DNA of 54,047 bases from Chloroflexota bacterium (lineage in GTDB: Bacteria > Chloroflexota > Limnocylindria > Limnocylindrales > CSP1-4): assembly GCA_034666965.1 (NCBI GenBank), contig JAXDKT010000075.1, positions 1-54,047 of the forward strand. The letters are read 5' to 3'. The translations under genes were made by a program, and so were the position numbers. Positions 33,739-42,089 of the stretch are shown here, in pieces. A model generated the notes under the pieces. The model was not told the DNA's origin. It saw nothing but the letters and a program-made list of their open reading frames with translations, and searched no databases. Position 1 is the stretch's first letter. Every line of letters starts with the position of its first letter.

Positions 33739-35114
33739 CAGTAGCCGTACTTCTTGAGGTTCGCCTGATGCTCCTTGTAGGTCTTGGCGAAGGCGTGCTT
33801 GCCACCGCTGTCGGGGATCGCCACGAAGAAGAAGTAGCCGGTCTTGTCGTCGGGCTCGAGGGCGGCGTCGATCGACGCCACGGTCGGAGTGCAGATCGGC
33901 CCCGGGGGCAGACCGCCAACGACGTAGCTCTGGTAGCCGGCCAGCGCATCGGGCACGGCGAATTCCTTCAGCGGCCCGCCCGGTGGCGACCAGAACGCAT
34001 AGTCCTTCCAGTTGGCAAAGTCGAGCGCGCCCAGCTGCATGGTGTCGTTGGCGTAGAGCACGGTCGGATCCGCGTTGAGGATGAACGGTGCGTTGTCGAG
34101 GCGGTTCTCGTAGACGCCCGCAATCAGGGGCCGCTCCTCGTCGAGGACTGCTTCGCGCTCGACGATCGACGCCAGGGTCAGGACCTGGTAGAAGGTCAGG
34201 CCGCGGTCCTTGGCGACCTTGAGCCGGTCCGGGCCGACCGATTCGTAGAACCGGTCGAGCATCTGGCGGATGAGCTCGTCGGGGGTCACGTCGGGCAGGA
34301 CCCGATAGGTGGCCGGTGCCAGGAAGCCCTCCAGCGAGGCGCCCTTGGGGAGATCCAGCCAGGGATAGTCGTCGAGGAGGCTCTTGGGCGGCTTGCGCGC
34401 TTCGTCGTAGAACGCCTTGACATCCATCTTGAGGGGCAGCGTTTCGAGCTTGGCGGTGATCTGCTCGAGGCGAAGGCCCTCGCGCAGCCCGATCGACACG
34501 GCCACGTCTTTCGACACGAGCAGGGCGGTCACGATCTGCTCGGGGGTCATGTTCCGGCGCAGGATGTAGGTCCCGGCCTCGAGCTTGCTGGCCAGGTCCT
34601 GCTCGCTCGAGATGAACACGAAGGCCCGTGCGTCGCGCAGAAAGCCCTGCTCCTGGAGACGACCGGCGATCAGCGCCGCGCTGTCGCCGTCGACCACCGT
34701 GAACTCGACCTGGCTCGCATCGGAGCTGGCCGGCTCGGTCAGGGCCGGGCCGAGGTCCTCGCGGACGAGCTCCTTGACGAAGGGCAACCCCAACGCGCTG
34801 GGGTTGTCCGAGGCCCAGTCGACGACCGCTCGGGCAACGACGGGCCGGAGGACCGTCAGCGACACGATGATCACGATCCCGGCGAGGACGGCCATGAACA
34901 GGATCAGCCGGACAAGGCCGCCAAGGCCGAAACCCCCGCTGGCGCGCGGCGCCTGGGGCGGCCGGCCACCCGCGCGGGGCGGATCGGGCCGCCGGCCGCG
35001 TCGGCCGCTCCGACTGGGCTCGGGTGGCCGGGCGTAATGCTCGTCGTCGATGTCGACGTCGGCCAGGTAGGCCTGGCCCCGGTCACGGGGACGACCGCCG
35101 CCGCGGATGGTCAT
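33738..35114 (-). CDS. mltG: Endolytic murein transglycosylase MltG (YceG-like)
   Basis: It has a basic N-terminal cytoplasmic tail, one TM segment and a YceG domain (TLASIVEREA, PGPICTP). Confidence 0.85.
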   Translation of the reverse strand: MTIRGGGRPRDRGQAYLADVDIDDEHYARPPEPSRSGRRGRRPDPPRAGGRPPQAPRASGGFGLGGLVRLILFMAVLAGIVIIVSLTVLRPVVARAVVDWASDNPSALGLPFVKELVREDLGPALTEPASSDASQVEFTVVDGDSAALIAGRLQEQGFLRDARAFVFISSEQDLASKLEAGTYILRRNMTPEQIVTALLVSKDVAVSIGLREGLRLEQITAKLETLPLKMDVKAFYDEARKPPKSLLDDYPWLDLPKGASLEGFLAPATYRVLPDVTPDELIRQMLDRFYESVGPDRLKVAKDRGLTFYQVLTLASIVEREAVLDEERPLIAGVYENRLDNAPFILNADPTVLYANDTMQLGALDFANWKDYAFWSPPGGPLKEFAVPDALAGYQSYVVGGLPPGPICTPTVASIDAALEPDDKTGYFFFVAIPDSGGKHAFAKTYKEHQANLKKYGY

Positions 35115-35572
35115 CGCCGATCACCGGCGCGCGCCCGGGCGTCGAGCTCGTCCTGGAGAATGATGGCGGCCGCCTCTCGATCGACTCGGGCGCGGTTCGC
35201 GTCCCGCTGGGTGGCCGACGGCGGCCCGCCGGAGCGGCCCCGCTTCATCGGCCCGAGACGGCCCTCGGCGAGATGACTGGATAGCCGCTCGTCGCGGAGG
35301 GTCACTGGCAGGCGCACGAGAGGTGTGACGGCCTCGACCCACGCTCGGGTGACGCGCGCCTGCGGACCATCCGCGCCCGAAGCCTCGAGCGGCAGGCCGA
35401 CCACGAGCTCGGTCGCTCCCTGCTCGGCGGCCAGCCGGGCGATCGCGAGCGCGTCGCCACCGACCTCGCGTGCTCGCCGCAGCGTGGTCAGGGGCAGCGC
35501 GGCTCCGTCGGCGTCGGCCACGGCGACCCCGATCCGGCGCTCGCCCAGGTCGATCCCCAGGATGCGACTCAT
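35111..35572 (-). CDS. ruvX: Holliday-junction resolvase-like nuclease RuvX (YqgF)
   Basis: Motifs are ILGIDLGERRIGVAV and DERLSS. ATGA overlaps occur on both sides. Confidence 0.85.
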   Translation of the reverse strand: MSRILGIDLGERRIGVAVADADGAALPLTTLRRAREVGGDALAIARLAAEQGATELVVGLPLEASGADGPQARVTRAWVEAVTPLVRLPVTLRDERLSSHLAEGRLGPMKRGRSGGPPSATQRDANRARVDREAAAIILQDELDARARAGDRR

Positions 35573-37389
35573 GGCGCGCTGCCCGACGGTGCCGGGCCGG
35601 CGGCGTCGCCATTGTCGGCCACGGTCAGGTCGATCCGGCCGTCGATGGTCGGGATCGACGACACGAACCCGGGCCAGGTGGCGATGGTGACCGTCCCGAA
35701 CCGACTCAGGACTGCGCGTGCCTCGTCGACAGACTTGCCCTTGATCGCGTCCCGAAGCGCGACCGGATCCAGGACCGGGACCGCCTCGCCCGCCGCGCTG
35801 ACCCGGAAGTCGACCAGCTCGCCATCGGCCGAGCCGGTGTCGTGCTCGGCCGTGACCGAGCCCTCGCGCAGCCGGCGCTCATTCGGGACCTGGGCCGCGA
35901 TGCGGGCCTGGGCGACGAGGTCGATCTGGCTCGTGTCGACGGCCACGACCGTGCCCGTGGCGGTGGCCGCCATCTGGAAGGTCGGCTGCTCGACGTCGAT
36001 GAGCGTGCTCGGGTCAGCCGAGGGGATGGCCGTCCCGATCTTGCCCGTCGCGGGGAAGACCGTCGCGCCCTGCGGCAGCTCATCGGGTGCGGCCGCCCAG
36101 GACGCGAACTGGGCCGCGATGTCCTTGGTCAGCTGGGCCAGGGCCGCGTCGATGTCCGACTGCTGGACGCGGGTGAACTCGTCCCGCTTGCCGCCGGTCA
36201 TCGGATCCGGGTTGGTCACCTTGATCACGACCGAGTTGTAGTTCGCGGGAACCACCCGCACCGCGTCGGCGCCAACGTTGCCGCTGGGGCCCGCCTTCAG
36301 GGCTCGGGCCGCGACGTCGCGCGATTGGCAGGTGATCTTGGGCGGATTGATGATCGCCACGGGCAGAAACACGCCCTCGTCGGTCTCGAAGCCGATGCCA
36401 CTGCCCGTCCGAGCCACGGTCCCGGCCGGGATCGTGTAGGACTTGGTCGGATCGCAGTTCGTCCAGCGGAGCGTACCCTTGGCCTTGGCCTGGACCACCC
36501 GCTTGCCGGTTGCCTCGAATTCGCCCGACGCCGTGAAGTCGCGGCTCAGCCGGGTCGCCAGGATGACCCCGCCGGCCGCATCCACGGAGGTGGCGTCCGG
36601 ATCCGCCCGGACCACGAACGGAACCGGCCCGATCGGGGTCGCGGCGGGCGTCACCACGACGGTCGCCTGGGGCAGCAGGACATAGCCCACGACGGCCACG
36701 ATGAGGAGCACGACCACGAGGCTGCCAAGGAGCGCCAGCGGCCGTCCCGAGAGCATCCCACGTGACCAGGTGCCCGGAACGACCCGAGCCGTCGCGGCGC
36801 TCGAGCGGGGCCTGGTCTCGGACGGTGGCGGGGGCAAGGGCGCGGGGCGCGGGGCGGGGACAAGGGTCGTCGGTGCCTCGGGCGGTGAGCCGGCCAGCAG
36901 GTCGGCGGACATCTGCTCAGCGGCCGCGGCGCGACCGTATGGAAGGTCGCCCCGGGCGGGAGCGCGAGGTTCACCGGCAGCGGCCTGGCCAGCAACTGCG
37001 GCGCCGCGCGGTCGGCGCCCCCTGTTGGGGCGCGCGTCGGGCAGGCCGGCGGGCCCCGAATCCACCGGTTGGCCCCCGGACGCGGAGGCCGGCGGGCCTT
37101 CGGACCCGGCCGTCGGCGCATTCGCGGTCTCGAACTCGGCGACCGAGGCGTAGACGGGCAGGCCGGCCGATGCCGCGATCGCCCGGGCGGCGGGGTCGGC
37201 GGCCACGATCGCCAGGACCCGGTTCCGCTCGAGCCCTTCGCGGGCCAAAAGCCGGAAATTGATCCGCGACGTCGCCAGGCGCGAGCCCGGTGGCAGGACG
37301 ATCGCGACGGCCTTGTCCCCTGCGGCGCGGATGCGGGTGGCCGCGGTGGTGATCTCGTCGTCGATGTCGAGGTACAGGATGGTGGCCAT
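35569..37389 (-). CDS. 606-aa single-pass membrane protein of unknown function
   Basis: It has an N-terminal ~90-aa domain (MATILYLDIDDEITTAATRIRAAGDKAVAIVLPPGS...). A Pro/Ala/Gly-rich linker and a TM segment (LALLGSLVVVLLIVAVVGYVLL) follow. The remaining ~370 aa are extracytoplasmic and beta-rich. It is tightly coupled to both neighbours. Confidence 0.8.
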   Translation of the reverse strand: MATILYLDIDDEITTAATRIRAAGDKAVAIVLPPGSRLATSRINFRLLAREGLERNRVLAIVAADPAARAIAASAGLPVYASVAEFETANAPTAGSEGPPASASGGQPVDSGPAGLPDARPNRGRRPRGAAVAGQAAAGEPRAPARGDLPYGRAAAAEQMSADLLAGSPPEAPTTLVPAPRPAPLPPPPSETRPRSSAATARVVPGTWSRGMLSGRPLALLGSLVVVLLIVAVVGYVLLPQATVVVTPAATPIGPVPFVVRADPDATSVDAAGGVILATRLSRDFTASGEFEATGKRVVQAKAKGTLRWTNCDPTKSYTIPAGTVARTGSGIGFETDEGVFLPVAIINPPKITCQSRDVAARALKAGPSGNVGADAVRVVPANYNSVVIKVTNPDPMTGGKRDEFTRVQQSDIDAALAQLTKDIAAQFASWAAAPDELPQGATVFPATGKIGTAIPSADPSTLIDVEQPTFQMAATATGTVVAVDTSQIDLVAQARIAAQVPNERRLREGSVTAEHDTGSADGELVDFRVSAAGEAVPVLDPVALRDAIKGKSVDEARAVLSRFGTVTIATWPGFVSSIPTIDGRIDLTVADNGDAAGPAPSGSAP

Positions 37390-37395
37390 GGGCGC

Positions 37396-38658
37396 CTAGA
37401 CCTTCATCGCCCGGAGGACGCGCCGGAGGGCCGCATCGAGCGGGTCCTCGCTGGCCTGTAGCTCGATCGCCTGGTAGGCCAGGCCAAGCGGCGTCACGTC
37501 CTGCTGATCGACCAGCAGGTCCGTGGCGTCGACGATCGAGGCGACCTGGCTGGGGGCCATCACCACCACCTCGGGGGGCCGGGCGAACGGGAGGTGCTTC
37601 CAGAACCGCTCGGCCTCGAGCGCGGCGCGGATCTCGGGCAGGCGCGAGCCCCCGCCGCACAGGTAGATCCGCCCGGGCAGCAGGTCGCCGGCCGAGAGCT
37701 CCTCGACGACCAGCTCGACGCCCGCCGACCAGACGGTCACATCGTCGGCCACGATCGCGCCGATTTCCTCGCGCCGGTCGACCTCCAGGCCGCGGGCATA
37801 GTCGACCTTGAGCGACTCGGCCCGCGGGAAGGGCAGATCGAGCCGATCCGCGATCGACTTGGTGAAGGCGCGGCCGCCCAGGGCGAACATCCGGGTGCCC
37901 TCGATCCCGCCCTGGCGGACGAGGGCGACGTCGGTCGTGCCGCCCCCGATGTCGATGAAGATCGCGCCCGACTGCTGGACCTGCTCGGCCCCCAGAACCC
38001 GGGCGACGGCGTACGGCTCGGCCACGATCTCGAGCAGCTCGAGGTCGAGCTGGCTGGCCACGCTCTCCAGCGCCCCCAGGTGGACCAGCGGCGCGAACGC
38101 ATCGAAGATGCCGATCTTGACGTAGCGACCGCGGAAGCCGACCGGATTGGTCACGGCGTAGCCGTCGATGCTGGCCGAGGTCACCGCGGCGTGGACCAGG
38201 CGCACGTCGACGTGGGGCAGGCCGGTCTCCCAGGTGATCGATCGCTCGGCCTCGCGCAGGGCGTCCTGTTGGACCGCGTCGATGAGCTTCTGGAGCTCGG
38301 CCTCGGTGATCGGCTGGTCGGGCTTCTTGCGTTCCTGGCTGTTCGTGGTGGTGAAGCCCTTGACCAGCTCGCCGGCGATGCCGATGACGACCTGGCTCGG
38401 CCGGAAGCCGGCCATCTCCTCGGCCTCCTGGAGCGCGACCGCGCAGTTGTCGACCACGGCAGCGATGTCGGCGACCGTGCCCGACTGCATGTGCGACAGG
38501 CCCTGACGCTTGCGACCGACGCCGCGGACCGTCCCCTGGCCGTGGTCGTCGATCTCGAACACGAGCGCCTTGGCGAACTCGGTCCCGATGTCGAGGGCGG
38601 TGCAGGCCGCCAGGGCCGGCATGTCGTCCCGTTGCCAGATGCGACGCCACAACGACAT
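37396..38658 (-). CDS. Actin/Hsp70-fold ATPase, FtsA/PilM-like
   Basis: 420 aa with motifs ALDIGTEFAKALVF, FIDIGGGTTDVALV and YLCGGGSRLPEI. Its ATG directly abuts the alaS TAG. Confidence 0.8.
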   Translation of the reverse strand: MSLWRRIWQRDDMPALAACTALDIGTEFAKALVFEIDDHGQGTVRGVGRKRQGLSHMQSGTVADIAAVVDNCAVALQEAEEMAGFRPSQVVIGIAGELVKGFTTTNSQERKKPDQPITEAELQKLIDAVQQDALREAERSITWETGLPHVDVRLVHAAVTSASIDGYAVTNPVGFRGRYVKIGIFDAFAPLVHLGALESVASQLDLELLEIVAEPYAVARVLGAEQVQQSGAIFIDIGGGTTDVALVRQGGIEGTRMFALGGRAFTKSIADRLDLPFPRAESLKVDYARGLEVDRREEIGAIVADDVTVWSAGVELVVEELSAGDLLPGRIYLCGGGSRLPEIRAALEAERFWKHLPFARPPEVVVMAPSQVASIVDATDLLVDQQDVTPLGLAYQAIELQASEDPLDAALRRVLRAMKV

Positions 38659-41460
38659 CTAGCCGGACGCCCCGTTCGAGGCGCCGTTCGAGGCGCCCAT
38701 TGACGCGGCGATCGCATCCAGAGCCGCGGACAGCCCCTCGCGCCGGGTGCCCTTGCCTTGGGCCATCTCAGGCCGGCCACCGCCCTTGCCGTCGATATGG
38801 GTCGCCGCGGTCCGCACCAGCTCGCCCGCCGAGACCCCGCCGCTGACGGCGGTCTCGTCGGCGGTCACGAAGAGTTGCGGCTCATCGGCATCGAGGCCCA
38901 GGGCGATCACGTTGGCATCGACCGCCGTGCGCAGGTCCTTGGCGAAGCCCTTCATCGCGTCGATCGACTCGAACGGGCCAGCATACGGCAGGAGGGTGAT
39001 CCCACCACCCGTCGCGACGATCCGCTCGCGCAGCTCGGCCGGCTTGGGCACGCCCCCGGCCGCACCGGCCTTGAGCCGCCGCCGGGCTTCGCGCAGCTCC
39101 TCCTGGAGGGTTGCGACCCGCTCGGGCACGGCCTCGACCGAGGTCGCCCCGGAGATCGCGGCGACGCGCTCGAGGGTCTCCCGCCGGGCGTCGAGATAGC
39201 GGTCAGCGGCCTCGCCGGTGAGGGCCTCGATCCGGCGCATCCCCGTACCGATGCTCCTCTCGCCGACGATCGCGAACCCGCCGATCTGGCCGGAGGCGTG
39301 GCAATGGGTCCCGCCGCACAGCTCGTGGCTGTAGCCCTCGACCCTGACCGTCCGCACCGTCTCGCCGTACTTCTCGTCGAAGAAGGCGTCGGCGCCGGCC
39401 GCGATCGCGTCGGTCATGCTCGAGTACGCGGCCGTCACCGGGCGATCCTCACGGACCACCCGCCGGACTTCGGCCTCGATGGCGCGCCGCTCCTCGGCGG
39501 TCAGGCCGCGCTCGAGCGGAACGTCGAAGCGCAGCCCCTCGGGGGTGACCAGCGAGCCGGCCTGTCGGGCCCGCTCGCCAACCACATTGCGCAGGGCCCG
39601 ATGGAGGATATGGGTCCCCGTGTGGTTGCGCATCGTCCGCGCCCGACGGTCCGGATCGACCTCGGCGACCAGCCGCTGGCCGGTCTTGAGCCCGCCGCGC
39701 AGGATCCCCCGATGGACGATCAGGCCGCCCAGGGGTCGCTGGGTGTCCTGGACCTCGAAGACGGTCTCGCCGCCGAGGCTCAGCACCCCGCGATCGCCGA
39801 TCTGGCCACCGCCCTCGGCGTAGAACGGGGTCCGATCGAGGACGATCTCGGCGGTGGCGCCCGCCGCGGCGGCCTGGTCGACGTCGGTGACGGCCTCCAG
39901 CTCGGCGTACTCCAGCCCGTCGCGGATGATCGTGACGACCGCGGCGTCGTCCACCCTGGTGGTCTCGTAGCCGACGAAGGTGGTGTCACCGGCCCGCGCG
40001 TGGATCGCCTGGTACAGGGCGGTCAGCTCAGCGTGCTGGGCGAGCTCGGCCTTGCGTCCGCTCCTGCTCCGCTCGCGCTGCTCGGCCAGGGCCGCCGCGA
40101 AGCCCGCCCGGTCGACCGCCACGCCGTACTCGGCCGCCAGCTCGACGGTCAGGTCGATCGGGAAGCCAAAGGTATCGTGGAGCTTGAACGCCACCTCGCC
40201 GGGGAGGACCGGCGCATCCGCCGGCAGATCCTCCGGCCGGCGCCCGACGACGCGCTCGGCGGAGGTCAACGGGATGAGCGCCTCCTCGAGCAGGGTCTCG
40301 CCCGCGGCGAGTGTCCGGGCGAACTGGCGCTCCTCGTGGGCGATCACGGCATGGATCTCGTCCTGGCGCTGGGGCAGGATGGGGTAGGCCTCCCCCATCG
40401 TGGCGACGACCACCGACGACAGCTCGGCCAGGAACGGCTCCATCCGTCCCAGCAGGCGCCCGTGACGGACCGCGCGCCGGATGATCCGGCGCATGACGTA
40501 GCCACGCCCTTCGTTCGAGGGGCGCACCTCGTCGGCGGCCAGGAATGTGGCCGCCCGGACGTGATCGGCGATGACCTGGTAACTGAACCGCTCCGACTCG
40601 AACCGGTCGGGATCGTGGCCGAGCAGCGCCATGAGGGCGCGGTGGATCGGCGCGAACAGGTCCGTGTCGTAGTTGCTGGGGACTTGCTGGAGGACGCTGG
40701 CCAGTCGCTCCAGGCCCAACCCGGTGTCGACGCTGTTGAACGGCAGCGGATGGCGACCGTCGGGCCGCTGGTCGAATTCCATGAAGACCAGGTTCCAGAT
40801 CTCGAGCCAGCGCGGACACGTCTCGGAGTGGTCGGGGACGCACTCGGGCCCCTCGGACAGCTCGACGCCTCGATCGAAGTGGATCTCGCTGCACGGTCCG
40901 CACGGCCCCGTCTCGGCCATCCGCCAGAAGTTCCGGTCGTCGCCCGCGTCGACGTCGCCCCAGACCGCCATCCGCTCGTTGGGCAGTCCCACCTCGTCGC
41001 GCCAGACCGCCCGCGCGACCTCGTCGTCCTTGTAGGTGGTGGCCGCCAGCCGATCGGGCGGGATGCCGTACACCCGCGTGAGCAGGTCCCAGGCCCACAG
41101 GATCGCGTCACGCTTGAAGTAGTCGCCGAAGCTCCAGTTGCCGAGCATCTCGAAGAACGTGTGGTGCCGGGGCGACCGGCCAACTTCCTCGAAGTCGTTG
41201 TGCTTGCCGGCGACGCGCAGAACCCGCTGATAGTCGACCGCGCGCTTGTAGGATCGCGTCTCGGCGCCGGTCAGGACATCCTTGAACTGGACCATGCCCG
41301 AGTTGGTGAAGAGCAGGGTCTGGTCACCGGCCGGGACCAGGCTGGCCGACTCGACGATTTCGTGGCCGCGCTCCGCGAAGAACTCGACGAATCGCCGCCG
41401 GATCTCGTCGGCGGGCAGAGCCTTGATCCGGGGATCCGGGGTCGTCTCGGGCTGCGGCAT
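38659..41460 (-). CDS. alaS: Alanine--tRNA ligase
   Basis: I prefer the ATG at 41460 (MPQPETT...) over the TTG at 41478. Motifs are FFAERGHEIV, FTNSGMVQFK, HHTFFEMLGNWSFGDYFK and the editing-domain HTGTH...CGGTH. Confidence 0.9.
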   Translation of the reverse strand: MPQPETTPDPRIKALPADEIRRRFVEFFAERGHEIVESASLVPAGDQTLLFTNSGMVQFKDVLTGAETRSYKRAVDYQRVLRVAGKHNDFEEVGRSPRHHTFFEMLGNWSFGDYFKRDAILWAWDLLTRVYGIPPDRLAATTYKDDEVARAVWRDEVGLPNERMAVWGDVDAGDDRNFWRMAETGPCGPCSEIHFDRGVELSEGPECVPDHSETCPRWLEIWNLVFMEFDQRPDGRHPLPFNSVDTGLGLERLASVLQQVPSNYDTDLFAPIHRALMALLGHDPDRFESERFSYQVIADHVRAATFLAADEVRPSNEGRGYVMRRIIRRAVRHGRLLGRMEPFLAELSSVVVATMGEAYPILPQRQDEIHAVIAHEERQFARTLAAGETLLEEALIPLTSAERVVGRRPEDLPADAPVLPGEVAFKLHDTFGFPIDLTVELAAEYGVAVDRAGFAAALAEQRERSRSGRKAELAQHAELTALYQAIHARAGDTTFVGYETTRVDDAAVVTIIRDGLEYAELEAVTDVDQAAAAGATAEIVLDRTPFYAEGGGQIGDRGVLSLGGETVFEVQDTQRPLGGLIVHRGILRGGLKTGQRLVAEVDPDRRARTMRNHTGTHILHRALRNVVGERARQAGSLVTPEGLRFDVPLERGLTAEERRAIEAEVRRVVREDRPVTAAYSSMTDAIAAGADAFFDEKYGETVRTVRVEGYSHELCGGTHCHASGQIGGFAIVGERSIGTGMRRIEALTGEAADRYLDARRETLERVAAISGATSVEAVPERVATLQEELREARRRLKAGAAGGVPKPAELRERIVATGGGITLLPYAGPFESIDAMKGFAKDLRTAVDANVIALGLDADEPQLFVTADETAVSGGVSAGELVRTAATHIDGKGGGRPEMAQGKGTRREGLSAALDAIAASMGASNGASNGASG

Positions 41461-41558
41461 CGGCCGTAACGGTACCAAACCCAGCCTCGCGACCGGACCC
41501 GGTGCCCGGGCGTGCGGCCGGCCCCCCGGTTCGGCCCCGAGTTCGTCGGCGGCGCGGG

Positions 41559-41702
41559 TCAGGTCGTTCCGACTCGGCGCAGGAATCGGCGCCAGATCCG
41601 CGAACCCGCGATGGCCGCCCCGACCAGGACCCCGATGGTCAGCCCACGCAGGAACGGACCACCGCGCCGATCGCGCTCGCTCGCGACTCGACGACGGTTC
41701 AC
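41559..41702 (-). CDS. 47-aa basic micro-protein with one hydrophobic segment (tentative)
   Basis: The product is VNRRRVASERDRRGGPFLRGLTIGVLVGAAIAGSRIWRRFLRRVGTT. Its GTG forms a GTGA overlap with the upstream small ORF. Confidence 0.35.
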   Translation of the reverse strand: MNRRRVASERDRRGGPFLRGLTIGVLVGAAIAGSRIWRRFLRRVGTT

Positions 41703-41974
41703 ACCCGGCGCCCCTGGGGGCCCAGCGCGGCCACGATCGACACGATGCCGATCCCCAGCCAGGCTCCGGCGACCGCGGCGAGAACCCGGAAGTCCCCCAG
41801 CCGAAGGAGGTCGATCCCGAGCCGTTCGCCGAGCGAATCGCCCGCCCACGCTCCCAGGATCGCGGCGAGGACGACGAGCGGCAGACGGGCCCCGATCGAG
41901 CCGCGGACGAGCGCGTAGACCGCCGTGCTCAGGATCCCGAAGAGCACCGCGAGCACGAAGGCCGGGCCGATCAC
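41699..41974 (-). CDS. 91-aa hypothetical membrane protein (3 TM)
   Basis: This is the C-terminal part of track ORF 41699..42364. The GTG at 41974 is preceded by TATACT plus 6 nt. The sequence is strongly hydrophobic with high GC3. Confidence 0.5.
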   Translation of the reverse strand: MIGPAFVLAVLFGILSTAVYALVRGSIGARLPLVVLAAILGAWAGDSLGERLGIDLLRLGDFRVLAAVAGAWLGIGIVSIVAALGPQGRRV

Positions 41975-41980
41975 CGAGCC

Positions 41981-41986
41981 AGTATA
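41981..41986 (-). promoter_or_regulatory. Candidate -10 hexamer TATACT, 6 nt upstream of GTG 41974
   Basis: The reverse strand reads TATACTggctcgGTG. Confidence 0.3.
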
Positions 41987-42089
41987 GGCCCGGCTCCGGA
42001 CGGCTCCGGCCCCGCAAGACTGGCGCCGGCCCTCGCGCGGACGCGGCCGTCGTCGCACGGACTCGCCCGTCGTCGCGCGAGGAGACCGC

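Noticed and set aside
38758-41469. 903-aa plus-strand ORF antisense to alaS. Similar long ORFs are 5721..7694, 8511..10052, 16350..17969, 28349..29770, 30052..32040, 33768..35276, 47934..50006, 51803..53797 and, on the minus strand, 2244..4007
   Set aside because: These are classic high-GC shadow ORFs lying opposite or offset to genes with unambiguous family motifs. Their translations are Arg/Gly/Asp/Pro-rich with no motifs.
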